Source of the DNA: Desulfomicrobium sp.
Lineage (GTDB): Bacteria > Desulfobacterota > Desulfovibrionia > Desulfovibrionales > Desulfomicrobiaceae
Direction: 5' to 3'
Assembly (NCBI GenBank): GCA_040768745.1
Contig: JAXGMI010000001.1
Coordinates: 160,001 to 224,000 of the forward strand
DNA: 64,000 nucleotides
Made by a program: the position numbers and the translations under genes. The notes beneath the pieces are model-generated. The model was given only the letters and a program-made list of their open reading frames with translations, had not been told where the DNA came from and made no database searches. Positions within the stretch are counted from its first letter, which is position 1; the number at the start of each line of letters is the position of its first letter. This document shows, one piece after another, positions 29,118 to 39,473 of the stretch.

Positions 29118-30880
29118 TGTTCGCCAGTCCCGCCATCCTGCCGCGCCTGCGGTCCAGCGACCTCTTCACCGAGGCAGACCTCTACCAGGCCCGCTTTGCC
29201 GCCTCCCTGGCCCGGCCGGGACACGCCGATCTCGCGGCCGGCCTGACGGCCCTCGTGTCTCTGGCCGTGCGCGAGGGGCACGTCTGCCTGCATCTCGGCG
29301 ATAAGGGCGTGCGCGAGCGGCTGGCCGCATTGGGCCTGGACGGATCGGACGACTGCCTCCAGACTGGCGTTGTCGGCGCACCGGATTCCGGGCTATCGCT
29401 CATCCTCGACGGGGAGCGCCTCTATTTTCCCCGTTTCTTCGGCGACGAGCAGTCCCTGGCCCGCGCATTCCTGCGCCTGGCCGGGACGCCGCCCCGGGAC
29501 ATACCTGCCAAGCTGCTGCCCGACATTTTCAAGGCCCGAGGCGGGCAAACCGACTGGCAGGACGTGGCCTGCTTCGCTGCCCTGCGCAGCCGCTTCTGCG
29601 TCATCTCCGGCGGCCCCGGTACGGGCAAGACCACGACCGTGGCCCGCATCCTGGCCCTGGCTGTTCGCCTGCACGCCGGAAAGGATTTCCGCATCCGCCT
29701 GGCCGCGCCCACGGGCAAGGCGGCCTCGCGCATGTCCGAGGCACTGGCCTCGGCCTTTCCGGGTGAAAGCCTGCCGCCGGAACTGAAAACGAACCTCTCG
29801 CAGGACGCCCAGACCGTGCACCGCCTGCTGGGCTGGAGCGCTCGGGGCTTCATCCACGGCCCGGACAACCCGTTGCCCCTGGACATGCTGGTGGTGGACG
29901 AGGCGTCCATGCTGGACCTGGAGCTGGCCGCGCGCCTCATGGACGCCCTGCCCGACCATGCCGGGCTGGTGCTCCTGGGCGACCGCAACCAGCTGGCCTC
30001 GGTGGAGGCCGGGGCAGTGCTGGCCAGCCTCTGCCGCGAGGACGTGGTCAACGCCTTCTCGCCGGATTTCGCGGCCGACGCCGCCAAGGCCTGTGCCCAT
30101 GGGCTGCCCGTAACGGGGAGTCCGGCCCTGCTGACGGACCATGTGGTGGAGCTGAAGAAGAACTGGCGTTTCGGTGCGGACAGCGGCATCGCGGCCCTGG
30201 CCGAGTACATCCGCAAGGGGGAGGCGGAGAGGGCGGCAGCGCTCCTGGCAACGCCACGTGGGGGTGTGATGATGAAGACATGTTCCGGACAGGCGGAACT
30301 GGTTGCGGAACTCGCCCCACTCCTGCGCAAGGCGTTCAGGTCCTTGGGCAGCGAAACGGACCCGGCCCGGGCCTTCGAAATTTTCGGGGCCCTGCGTCTG
30401 CTCTCGCCAGTCCGCAGAGGACCGCGCGGGACCGAAACCCTAAACCGCTTGGCCCGCGAGGCCCTGGGTATGCCGGCAGGGGACGGCTGGTATCCGGGTC
30501 GGCCGGTCATGATCCTGGAAAACGACTACAACCTCGGCCTCTTCAACGGCGACACAGGCATCGCCCTGCCCGCCGGCGACACCCTGCGGGTCTACTTCCC
30601 CGCTCCCGAAGGCTTCGTCTCCTTCGTCCCGGCCCGCCTGCCCCGACACGAAACCTGCTACGCCATAACCGTCCACAAGAGCCAGGGCTCGGAATTCCGC
30701 CACACCGTCCTGATCCTGCCCGAGGAACCCTGCCCGGTCTTGAGCCGGGAACTCCTCTATACGGCCCTGACTCGGTCGCGCGAACGCTTCAGTCTGGTCG
30801 GTACAGCGGAACAGGCCATGGAGGCCATCCTCCGCCCGGCGCGGCGGGATTCGGGCCTGTGGGCCATGCTGAACCGCTGA
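29117..30880 (+). CDS. recD: Exodeoxyribonuclease V alpha subunit
   Basis: GGPGTGKTT, APTGKAA, DEASM, GDRNQL, TVHKSQGSEF, YTALTR. Confidence 0.95.
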   Translation: MFASPAILPRLRSSDLFTEADLYQARFAASLARPGHADLAAGLTALVSLAVREGHVCLHLGDKGVRERLAALGLDGSDDCLQTGVVGAPDSGLSLILDGERLYFPRFFGDEQSLARAFLRLAGTPPRDIPAKLLPDIFKARGGQTDWQDVACFAALRSRFCVISGGPGTGKTTTVARILALAVRLHAGKDFRIRLAAPTGKAASRMSEALASAFPGESLPPELKTNLSQDAQTVHRLLGWSARGFIHGPDNPLPLDMLVVDEASMLDLELAARLMDALPDHAGLVLLGDRNQLASVEAGAVLASLCREDVVNAFSPDFAADAAKACAHGLPVTGSPALLTDHVVELKKNWRFGADSGIAALAEYIRKGEAERAAALLATPRGGVMMKTCSGQAELVAELAPLLRKAFRSLGSETDPARAFEIFGALRLLSPVRRGPRGTETLNRLAREALGMPAGDGWYPGRPVMILENDYNLGLFNGDTGIALPAGDTLRVYFPAPEGFVSFVPARLPRHETCYAITVHKSQGSEFRHTVLILPEEPCPVLSRELLYTALTRSRERFSLVGTAEQAMEAILRPARRDSGLWAMLNR

Positions 30881-30992
30881 CAGAGGTGGAATCCCGATCG
30901 TACATGAATAATTTCCGATGGTTCCTTGCCAAACAGGGACCGGAAGCTGTATTCTTGTTTGATTCTGATCCACAACACAGGGGACTTTCGAC

Positions 30993-33900
30993 ATGACATT
31001 TATCGGAAATTCTTGGAAAAATCTGAACCTGTGGCAAAAGGCCGCGGCCGTGACGGTGTGCTGCGTGGCGCTCTACGCCGCCTTCGGATTCCTGCTCCTG
31101 CCCCTGATCACCCGCCATGTGCTGATCGAAAAGGTCGGCCCGGCCATGAACCGGCAGGTCAGCGTCGGGGACATCCGCTTCAACCCCTTCGCCCTGACCG
31201 CCGACATCACAGGGCTGACCATCAGCGAGCGCAACTCGACCGGGGAGTTCGTGGCCTTCGACGCCCTGCACACCAACCTCGAACTCAGCTCCCTGCTGCG
31301 CCTGGCCATCGTCATGCGCGACCTGCGCCTGGACGGACCGCGCATCAACATCCGCCTCGACCGGGATGGCCGCACCAACTTCGCGGACCTCGCCGGCGGC
31401 AAGCAGGAGCCCGCCCCCGAAAAGTCCGAGCCGCTCATCGTGCCCGTGATCATCGAGCCGGTCAGCGTCGGCAACGGCACCATCGTCTTCGAGGACCAAG
31501 CCCACGGCGTGACGCACGTGGTCGATGAGATCAACTTTCTGGTGCCCCAGTTCTCGTCACGCAAGAAGGACTGGACGACCTTCATGACCCCGACCCTGTC
31601 CTTCCGCGCCAACGGGGCGCCCTTCAACCTCCAAGGAAAGACCATCCCCTTCGACAACTCCCTGAAAACCGAGTTCGCCCTCAACGTCATGGACCTCGGC
31701 CTGCCCCAGTACTGGGCCTACGCCCTGGCCAGCGACAACCTCAAGCTGGCCAAGGGGACCCTGAACCTCGAAAACAAGCTTGTCTTCGAGCGGCACGAGG
31801 ACAGTCTGCCGACCTTCTCCCTGCAGGGCACGATCACGGGGCGCGACATCGAACTGACGGACGACGGGGAGCCCGTGCTCTCGGCCGCCAGCACGGAAAT
31901 CGTTCTGGACGACATCTCCATCCTCAACCTGCAGCTCGGCCTGCGCTCCGTGAGCCTGGAGAGCCCGTTCATCAAGGTCGTGCGCAAAAAGGACGGCAGC
32001 CTGAACTGGATGGGCTACTTCACCCGCGGGCCGGCCCCCGCAAACGCAACGACGGAAGCGCAAACCGCATCGGCGGAGCCGGAAAACGCCACGACGGGAG
32101 TCCCCGTCGCCGCGGCCGGGGCCGACAACTCGACGCAAACTCCGGCCAACGCAACCGCACAGGCCGGCAACGCCACGGCAGGCGGACCCGCCGAGGCAGC
32201 GGAGCAGCCCGCGCGGACGCTGCTTCTGCAAATCCCTGAAATCCGCCTCACGGAAGGCCGCGTCCTGTTCAGGGACGAGACCCTGCCAACCCCCTTCACC
32301 AAGGAGGTGCGGGGTTTGAACCTGACCATCACGGACCTGAGCACGGCAGCCAACGCCACGACCCAGGCCGCCCTCCGGGCCATGACCGCCGATGGAGAGG
32401 AACTTGGGATGGACGCGTCCTTCTCGGTTTTCTCGGTCCAGGCCAAGGCCCGCGTCAGTGGCCGCAGCCTTGATATCCCGTCCTACGCGGCCTATTTCAA
32501 GGACGCCCTGCCCATGACCCTGACTTCGGCCAAGGTCGACGCCAGCCTCGGCCTGGCCATGGACGGCGCAGACAAGGCACCCCGCCTGGAGAATTCCACC
32601 CTCGAAATGCGCGACCTGACCCTGACGGCAGCCGGCGAGGCCGGGGCTGTCCAGATCAAACGCTTGGCCCTGGACGGAATCGGCGTTGACATGGCCGCCC
32701 GCGTGATCCGTACCGGTATGTTGAGCTTGGACGGCGCTTCCGTGAGCACGGGGGTGGACACGAACGGCCGGGCGACCATCCTGGATGCTCTGAACACAGC
32801 TCCGGCAACAGCCCCTGCGTCCCCGAGCGCAGCCAAACCGACCTCCGTTCCCGATGCCGCAGCCCCGGCTTGGCGCGTCGCCGCGCAAGGGGCAACCCTG
32901 AACGGGATCGACCTGCGCGTGACGGGCCAAGCCGCCACAACGCCCGTCCGCCTGGGCTCCCTCAAAGTCGGGCCGGTATCCGTGGACACGGCCCAGACCA
33001 CCGTCGCCGTCGGCCCGGTGGACATGAATCTGGCCGTGGACGTGACCCGGCTCAAGACCGGCGACATCGACCTGGCCGCGCTCTTCGCCCCGGCAACCGA
33101 CGCGCAGAAGACTCCGGCGCCCGCCCCGGCCAAGGCCTCGCAGCCCACCTGGAAGGCCGAAATTGAACAATTCACTCTGTCCGGTGGCCAGGTGGCCTTC
33201 ACCGACCAGACCCTGGACAAACCCGTGCGCCTGGACATCGACCAGATCACCTTCAAGGCCTCGAAGCTCTCCAACGATCTGAACAGGGCCATCCCTCTCG
33301 ACCTGTCCTGCCGGATCGAAGAGACGGGCACGGTCAAGGCCACGGGCGACCTCGTTCCGTCAACGCTGGTGACCAAGGGGGTGCTGAGCCTGGTCAAAAT
33401 CCCCCTGTCCCTGGCCTCGGCTTACGTGGCCGAGGCGGCCGCCGTGGACATCCCGGCCGGACAACTTGGCGGCAAGCTGGAGTGGCGCATGGACGGGAAG
33501 GGCAAAGACCGCATTTCCGGCTCCCTGTTGATCGACGGATTCCGGGTCACGGAAGGCCGCAGCAAGGCCGAGATCTTCGGCTTCAGGAGCCTCGGCGTGC
33601 AGAACCTGGCCCTGAATCTCGCCCCCCTGACCCTGAACATCAGGCAGGTGGACCTGGTCGAGCCCAGGGGCAGCTTCGTCATCGACCCCCAGGGCAAGAC
33701 CACCCTGGACCGCGTCAAGCCTGCGGCCGGCAAGCCGGCCAAGCCGCAGCCCAAGGCCGCGGCCAAAACCGACGACAAGTCCGAGGGGCTCAAGTCCCTG
33801 GAGGTCGACGTCGTGAACCTCAAGCAGGGGCGCTTCTCCTTCGCCGACAAGACCCTCTCGCCCCAGTTCGAGTCCGTGGTGTCACCCGTAAACCTGACCG

Positions 33901-34979
33901 TGACGGGTTTTTCCCTCGATCCAGCCCGGAAAACAAATCTGGAACTGAGCGCCATCATTGATGGCTCCGCCCCGATCACGGCCAAGGGCTGGGTCTCGCC
34001 GCTGAAGGACCCGGTGGAGGCCAACAGCACCGTGACCCTTAAGAACCTGGACCTGGTCGCCCTGTCCCCCTACTCCGCAAAGTTCATCGCCTATCCTGTC
34101 ACCCGCGGACAGCTGGACTGGGACATGAATCTGAGCACCGAGGCCAACAACCTGGCCATGGGCAACGCCATCAAGGCCAGGCAACTGGAGCTGGGCGACA
34201 AGGTCGAGTCCCCGGGCGCAGCGGATGTACCGGTGAAGCTTGGACTGTCCCTGCTGCGGGACATGTCCGGCAACATCTCCCTCAATCTGCCGGTCCAGGG
34301 GGACTTGACCGATCCGAAATTCAGCATTGGCGGCATTGTCGTGCAGGCATTCCTGGGTCTCATCGTCAAGGCCATCGCTTCGCCATTCTCCCTCCTGGCC
34401 AGCCTGGTACCGGACGGAGGCGGCCAGGACATGAGCCGGTTGCCTTTCTCACCCGGACTGGCCACTCCTGCCCCCGAGTCCTTCACAGCCATGAAGGGGC
34501 TGGCCGATGTGCTGGGGCAACGCCCGGGGCTGAGCATAGCCGTCATTGGACACGCCGCGCCTGAAGCGGACCGAAAGGCCCTGGAGGACAGGGCCTTCCG
34601 GCGCAAGCTGCAGGTCATCAAGTTCGACGATCTGCCCCGCAAGATTCGGGAAAAGACAGCCATGGAGGAACTGGAAATCACGGACCAGGAATACCCCGAC
34701 CTGCTCTGGGAGGCCTACAAGGACGAACCAGTGCAAAAGGAAAAAAACGCCATCGGCATGCACAAGGAGGTCCCGCGCGAAGTGCAGGAAACCAAGCTGC
34801 GGGAACTGATCAACGTGACCGACGAAGACCTGATCCGCTTGGCTTCCAGCCGGGCCGAGTTTGTCAAGACGCACCTCGTGCAGGAGCTGAAGGTCGATCC
34901 CGGACGGGTCTTCCTGGGCCAAACCGGTCCGGCGTCCTTGTCGGGCACAAGCGAAGTGACCCTGGAGGTCCGGAACTAG
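30993..34979 (+). CDS. Large DUF748/AsmA-like membrane-anchored periplasmic protein
   Basis: 1328 aa; N-terminal TM helix, FNPF, repeated beta-rich units, GDLTDPKFS and SPFSLL. Confidence 0.75.
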   Translation: MTFIGNSWKNLNLWQKAAAVTVCCVALYAAFGFLLLPLITRHVLIEKVGPAMNRQVSVGDIRFNPFALTADITGLTISERNSTGEFVAFDALHTNLELSSLLRLAIVMRDLRLDGPRINIRLDRDGRTNFADLAGGKQEPAPEKSEPLIVPVIIEPVSVGNGTIVFEDQAHGVTHVVDEINFLVPQFSSRKKDWTTFMTPTLSFRANGAPFNLQGKTIPFDNSLKTEFALNVMDLGLPQYWAYALASDNLKLAKGTLNLENKLVFERHEDSLPTFSLQGTITGRDIELTDDGEPVLSAASTEIVLDDISILNLQLGLRSVSLESPFIKVVRKKDGSLNWMGYFTRGPAPANATTEAQTASAEPENATTGVPVAAAGADNSTQTPANATAQAGNATAGGPAEAAEQPARTLLLQIPEIRLTEGRVLFRDETLPTPFTKEVRGLNLTITDLSTAANATTQAALRAMTADGEELGMDASFSVFSVQAKARVSGRSLDIPSYAAYFKDALPMTLTSAKVDASLGLAMDGADKAPRLENSTLEMRDLTLTAAGEAGAVQIKRLALDGIGVDMAARVIRTGMLSLDGASVSTGVDTNGRATILDALNTAPATAPASPSAAKPTSVPDAAAPAWRVAAQGATLNGIDLRVTGQAATTPVRLGSLKVGPVSVDTAQTTVAVGPVDMNLAVDVTRLKTGDIDLAALFAPATDAQKTPAPAPAKASQPTWKAEIEQFTLSGGQVAFTDQTLDKPVRLDIDQITFKASKLSNDLNRAIPLDLSCRIEETGTVKATGDLVPSTLVTKGVLSLVKIPLSLASAYVAEAAAVDIPAGQLGGKLEWRMDGKGKDRISGSLLIDGFRVTEGRSKAEIFGFRSLGVQNLALNLAPLTLNIRQVDLVEPRGSFVIDPQGKTTLDRVKPAAGKPAKPQPKAAAKTDDKSEGLKSLEVDVVNLKQGRFSFADKTLSPQFESVVSPVNLTVTGFSLDPARKTNLELSAIIDGSAPITAKGWVSPLKDPVEANSTVTLKNLDLVALSPYSAKFIAYPVTRGQLDWDMNLSTEANNLAMGNAIKARQLELGDKVESPGAADVPVKLGLSLLRDMSGNISLNLPVQGDLTDPKFSIGGIVVQAFLGLIVKAIASPFSLLASLVPDGGGQDMSRLPFSPGLATPAPESFTAMKGLADVLGQRPGLSIAVIGHAAPEADRKALEDRAFRRKLQVIKFDDLPRKIREKTAMEELEITDQEYPDLLWEAYKDEPVQKEKNAIGMHKEVPREVQETKLRELINVTDEDLIRLASSRAEFVKTHLVQELKVDPGRVFLGQTGPASLSGTSEVTLEVRN

Positions 34980-35144
34980 GGGAATGCCCCGGACTTCCTA
35001 ACCGTTAAAAATTACACATGCCCGGACTGTTCATCAGCAGTGAGGTACGAGGACGAAGAAAATCCAGGGCCGCAGCATATCCGGACAATCACTGGTCTGG
35101 CTTTTCTGCACTAGTGAGACAGATCGCCGTTTTGGGGCGGCCTG

Positions 35145-35516
35145 CTAGGCTTCGAGAATGACCACGGCCACGACGTTTTCGCGGCTGTGGGAGAGGGAGA
35201 GGTGGGCCCGTCGGACGTTCAGTGCCCGGCACCGCTCATGCGCCTTATTGTGGAAGAGGATCGAGGGCTTGCCGAGCTCGTCCGCACGGACCTCGATGTC
35301 CTGGAAGGAGATGCCGCCGCTGAATCCCGTGCCCAGGGCCTTGACCGCGGCCTCCTTGGCCGCGAAGCGCGCGGCCAGGAAGGGCACGGCGTTGCGCGGC
35401 ATGGCCGCGAATTCGGCCGGAACCAGGATGCGGGAACAGAACTTCTCGCCGAACCGTTCAAAGGAACGCGCGATCCTGTCCAGCTCCGTAATGTCGATGC
35501 CCAACCCAACGATCAT
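35145..35516 (-). CDS. acpS: Holo-ACP synthase
   Basis: [27 protein letters not shown]. Confidence 0.95.
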   Translation of the reverse strand: MIVGLGIDITELDRIARSFERFGEKFCSRILVPAEFAAMPRNAVPFLAARFAAKEAAVKALGTGFSGGISFQDIEVRADELGKPSILFHNKAHERCRALNVRRAHLSLSHSRENVVAVVILEA

Positions 35517-35564
35517 GCCTCAAGCCGCCGATGCCTGCCCCGGAGTTCCCGGGGGCGTTCCCTG

Positions 35565-35599
35565 AAAAAAAGCCAGACGGGCCGAACCCGTCTGGCTTT
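35565..35599 (-). terminator. Rho-independent terminator after ssb
   Basis: GCCAGACGGG-N5-CCCGTCTGGC 10-bp stem followed by T7 on the minus strand. Confidence 0.85.
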
Positions 35600-35626
35600 G
35601 TCATGCCAAGGTTTCGAACCTGCGCC

Positions 35627-36097
35627 CTAGAACGGCGCGTCGTCCATCCCGCTGGCTTCGGACGGGAAGGCCGGACCGAGGTCTTCCTCGTAGCCCCCGC
35701 CACCCTGCTGGGCGGACTGTTGCTTCTGATACTGCGGTGCCGGGGCGAAGCCGCCTTCGGACTGACGGGAATCCAGGCCCACCACACGGTCTGCCTTGAT
35801 CTCGGTCGTGTATTTCTCCACGCCGTCCTTGTCGGTCCACTTTCGGGTTTCAATCTTGCCCTCGATATACACAAGCCGTCCCTTGGCCAGATAGTTGCCA
35901 CAGAATTCCGCCTGCTTGCCCCAGACAACGATGCGGTGCCATTCGGTCTTTTCCACCTTCTGCCCATCCTTGCCCGTGTACGTCTCATCAGTGGCGATGG
36001 AAAAATTGGCCACCGGCTGCCCGGAAGGCGTGTAGCGCATCTCCGGATCACGGCCCAATCGGCCGATCAGAATCGCCTTGTTCAGACTTCCTGCCAT
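35627..36097 (-). CDS. ssb: Single-stranded DNA-binding protein
   Basis: LNKAILIGRLGRDPE, TEWHRIV, C-terminal DDAPF. Confidence 0.97.
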   Translation of the reverse strand: MAGSLNKAILIGRLGRDPEMRYTPSGQPVANFSIATDETYTGKDGQKVEKTEWHRIVVWGKQAEFCGNYLAKGRLVYIEGKIETRKWTDKDGVEKYTTEIKADRVVGLDSRQSEGGFAPAPQYQKQQSAQQGGGGYEEDLGPAFPSEASGMDDAPF

Positions 36098-36126
36098 GTC
36101 ATCTCCTCATGTCTCCGCCAGCCCGG

Positions 36127-36477
36127 TCATGGCTTGGGCAGATTGGTGTTCATTTCGGTCAATACATCCTCGATGGCGTCAGTCAGCTCGTTGGCCCGCT
36201 TGGGATTCCAGTCGGCCAGGCTCTGACCCAGATCCGCAACTGCCTCCTTCAGGGCCGGAAGCCGTCCAGACAAAAAGTCCCTCAGATGCTCCCCGACGTT
36301 TCCGAACTGATACAGGTCATCCAGAGCCCTGACAAGTTCGTGCACGCCCTTCATGTCATGGGGAAAACCAGGCGTGTTGTCCTCGAAAGCCAAGGTCCAC
36401 AAACGGGGCCAAGCCTCGCGCACATCATTCTCGGAAAAGGTGTAGGCATACACCCGCACCTGCAGCACCTTGCCCAT
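36127..36477 (-). CDS. Hypothetical protein
   Basis: ORF MGKVLQVRV... coupled to the upstream stop, with GGAG RBS. Confidence 0.7.
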   Translation of the reverse strand: MGKVLQVRVYAYTFSENDVREAWPRLWTLAFEDNTPGFPHDMKGVHELVRALDDLYQFGNVGEHLRDFLSGRLPALKEAVADLGQSLADWNPKRANELTDAIEDVLTEMNTNLPKP

Positions 36478-37127
36478 CAGTCCCTCTCCTCCCAGTCGCT
36501 CTGCACGCGGCTGATGACTTCCTGGATCTTGCCCAGCTCGCTCTCCGGACACACGCCGATGAGCGGGCTGTTCCTGTCCACGGAATCGTTGGTTTCGAAA
36601 TAGACCGCATAGATGATTCCGGCCGGACCACTGTAGCGGACCGACGTTTCGCGCTTCATACGCGAAAGGATGAACAGTTCCATGCCGTCCTCGACATGCA
36701 CTGTCTGGCTGCCCTTGGTCTTGATCTTGATATCCACGTCCGGAAAGAAATAGTATTTGCCCTTTTCCGGAGCCGGAAAAAGAGACAGGGACCGGCGCAG
36801 GATGCGGTCAATGACCTCTTCCCGGGTCAGAAAATGCCGGATGGTCATCAACTCCTGTCCAGCCTGCACGAACTGACCGCTCTGAATCCCTGCGAAGGAC
36901 ATGATCTCCCCCTTTTGCGGGGCGAAAAGAGGCTTCTTGTTCTGTTCACGCTCCAGCCGGGCCAAAAGGGTGCCCGACGTCTCTTTCCACGTGCCGCTGG
37001 CCCCGGCGACCTTGGTTCCAGGCTCCTGGACCACGAATTCCACCCTGCCGCTGTGTGGAGCCCGGATGACGATCTTCTCGTAGGGCTCCTCGCGCAGCTC
37101 ACGCAGCAATTCCTTCACGTCTATCAC
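36477..37127 (-). CDS. Biotinyl/lipoyl-attachment-like protein (atypical BCCP candidate)
   Basis: APHSG, APQKG and GQFVQAGQEL hairpin-like motifs; SRMKRE; lies in the ACC cluster. Confidence 0.6.
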   Translation of the reverse strand: MIDVKELLRELREEPYEKIVIRAPHSGRVEFVVQEPGTKVAGASGTWKETSGTLLARLEREQNKKPLFAPQKGEIMSFAGIQSGQFVQAGQELMTIRHFLTREEVIDRILRRSLSLFPAPEKGKYYFFPDVDIKIKTKGSQTVHVEDGMELFILSRMKRETSVRYSGPAGIIYAVYFETNDSVDRNSPLIGVCPESELGKIQEVISRVQSDWEERD

Positions 37128-37136
37128 ATGCGACTC

Positions 37137-39377
37137 CTATCGGTAGTAAAGGTTGCGGCCGCCCATGGTCTGCAGGGATTGCACAAGATTGCTTCGGATC
37201 TCGCGGCGGTCCCAGATGCCCTGGATGTGCCCGCGGGACAGGGCCTGGAAGGCATTGTGGTAGTTGGGAGGGATGTCCATGCCCGTGGTCTCCTTGATGA
37301 CGCCGGGACCGGCGAATCCGATATTGGCCGAGCGCACCGCAAACTGGTAGGGGGAACAACCCAGGAAACTGGCCACAGGACCCGCATAGGAGTTCGTGTC
37401 GTAGAGGACCAGATACAGACCCCCGGCCTCTGTGTAGCGCCGCACGGCCATGGTGCATCGGGGCATTTGGATGACGCCGTTCACTCCTTCCTGGATGCGG
37501 ATGCCGGCCGTGCCGTGCACGTAGGACAGGAAAGGCAGCTGCTTCTTGCGCGCCCGCTCCATGGCCCGGATGAATTTCTCGCCCTCGGCAGCGCCGACGC
37601 TGCCTCCCCGGAAAGCCCCCATGAACATGGCCACCATGACCGAGGTGCCTTCGATGCGGGCCTCGAAGGTCATGCACCCGCACTTGTGTCCGGTTTTGCG
37701 CTTGGCCTCGTCCAGCTTCAAATCAAAGCCATCGAACTTCAGAGGATTGACGGACTCAATCTCGGAAAAGACTTCATAGATGGAGCCCGGATCAAAAATA
37801 TTGTGCAGATACCACTGATATTCCATCGGGAAATGATGTCCACAAAAGCTGCAGACCCCTGCCCACTCGCCAAAAAGATCCGGCGCCCATTGATCCAGAC
37901 ATCCATGCACGGGCGCATTGGGACAGGTCACGGACCGGTCCTTTTTGGCCTGGGGACTCACATACTGCCACTTGCCGTTGTTCTGGGCGGCCTCGTCCCA
38001 GGCCGAGAGCGAGGTCAGTCCCGCAGTGTCCACTTCCTTTTTGCCCTTGCCAAAGGAAAGCTTGGACATGAGCCCCTTCCAATACCGGGTGGACCGGCCA
38101 ACTACGACCTGCATTTCGGCGTGCATGTCCTCGGCCAGCTCCGTGACCTTCTTGTGCTGTTTCCCGAAGAGGTCGTACCGGAAGTAGGAATAGAGGGACG
38201 TGACGAACTCGCCGATGGATTCGCTCCCCCGGCTGAACCAGTGCCGTTTGTCCAGGTAGGCGCTTTGGGCCATGCGACGATACTTCATGTACCGCGTCCA
38301 CAGGAGCCGCTCCTTGGCTCGTGCGTTCAGGCTCCAGCGCACATAGACGTCCGCGCCCTTGTGGCGTTTCAAGGCCAGGGAGCGGAACAGGCGCATGCCG
38401 CTGACACCAAGCACGATCTCGTCGGTTGAGGCGATGACGGATTTGCGCAGCTTGCGGAAGAAGTCGTAATGCTCGGGCCTGGCGCCCAACGGGGGCTCGT
38501 TGATCTTCCAGTCCACAAAACCCATGGCCCGATTGTCGTCGGCCGTGATCTTCAGCTGCTCGGCACAGCGCTCGATGAGCCTGGGCTCGGCCCGCTGTCC
38601 GCCGCGCAGACGTCCTTCGATGGCCGCAGCCCCCTCGGGGGATATGACCGAATAGTAGCCGTGGGACATCATGATCCGGGTATCGGCCAATCCGATGGCC
38701 TCTGCCCCTCCGGATCCCCCCTCGGAAATGACGGCCACAATGGGCACCTTCAGTCCGGCCATTTCGTAGAGGTTCTTGGCTATCTGCTGAGCCGCGCCAG
38801 GATAGTCCTCTATCGGGTACGAACCCGGTGTGAAGATATAGGTGTGAATGGGGATGTTCTCTGTTTCAGCGACCTTCATGTAGTGCAGGGCCTTGGCATT
38901 GCCCCATGGTTTGACTGAGCCTCCATTGCGGAATTCCTGCCCATGCCCCTTTTCCTGGCCGATAACCATGACCGCTTGGTGGTGGATCTTCTTCCCCCTC
39001 CGACGGGTGATGTAGGCCCGGGCAATAAGCATGCTCGGATCGATGCTGTAGTCGTCCTGCCCCCCGATCTCGGTGTAGTTGTCATACACATTCTCGAGGA
39101 TGTCCTTCAGACAGATGCGCTGCGGATGGCGAACGATGCGCACCCTGTTCATGGGCGTCAACTCCCGCTCCAGCTTCTTCTCCAGAAAGCGGAACAGCTC
39201 TTCCAGAGTTTCCAGCTGCCGGACTGCCTCCTGCTCGGTCAGGCCCGGCTCCCGGAGGAGGTACTCCCCGAGTTTGGCATCCAGCATGGTCACGTTGGTA
39301 TTTTCATCCGCGCCGAAAATATCCTGAATGTATTTCAGGCGGTCACGGAGTTCTTGTATGCGTTTTTCAATATCCAT
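37137..39377 (-). CDS. Fused acetyl-CoA carboxylase carboxyltransferase alpha/beta (AccA-AccD)
   Basis: AccA-like VIGQEKG, EGGSGGA and YSVISPEGAAAI, then a Cys-rich Zn-finger-like segment and AccD-like GGSVG, GIRIQEG and IGFAGPGVI. Confidence 0.85.
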   Translation of the reverse strand: MDIEKRIQELRDRLKYIQDIFGADENTNVTMLDAKLGEYLLREPGLTEQEAVRQLETLEELFRFLEKKLERELTPMNRVRIVRHPQRICLKDILENVYDNYTEIGGQDDYSIDPSMLIARAYITRRRGKKIHHQAVMVIGQEKGHGQEFRNGGSVKPWGNAKALHYMKVAETENIPIHTYIFTPGSYPIEDYPGAAQQIAKNLYEMAGLKVPIVAVISEGGSGGAEAIGLADTRIMMSHGYYSVISPEGAAAIEGRLRGGQRAEPRLIERCAEQLKITADDNRAMGFVDWKINEPPLGARPEHYDFFRKLRKSVIASTDEIVLGVSGMRLFRSLALKRHKGADVYVRWSLNARAKERLLWTRYMKYRRMAQSAYLDKRHWFSRGSESIGEFVTSLYSYFRYDLFGKQHKKVTELAEDMHAEMQVVVGRSTRYWKGLMSKLSFGKGKKEVDTAGLTSLSAWDEAAQNNGKWQYVSPQAKKDRSVTCPNAPVHGCLDQWAPDLFGEWAGVCSFCGHHFPMEYQWYLHNIFDPGSIYEVFSEIESVNPLKFDGFDLKLDEAKRKTGHKCGCMTFEARIEGTSVMVAMFMGAFRGGSVGAAEGEKFIRAMERARKKQLPFLSYVHGTAGIRIQEGVNGVIQMPRCTMAVRRYTEAGGLYLVLYDTNSYAGPVASFLGCSPYQFAVRSANIGFAGPGVIKETTGMDIPPNYHNAFQALSRGHIQGIWDRREIRSNLVQSLQTMGGRNLYYR

Positions 39378-39473
39378 GATGTAGGAAATGCCTCGCGGCT
39401 TTGGTTCGTGTTTATTTCAGGGTCGGTCTGAATGTCTGCTCAGTTTTGGATGCCGCCTTTTGATGGCAACAAT

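Noticed and set aside
11282..29900. Scattered GCTGGTGG (E. coli Chi) octamers near recBCD
   Set aside because: Few copies and mostly explained by Leu-Val codons in GC-rich DNA; the Chi sequence of this lineage is unknown to me.
23284..33170. Long antisense ORFs over recCBD and DUF748
   Set aside because: Shadow ORFs expected from high GC3; no recognisable motifs.
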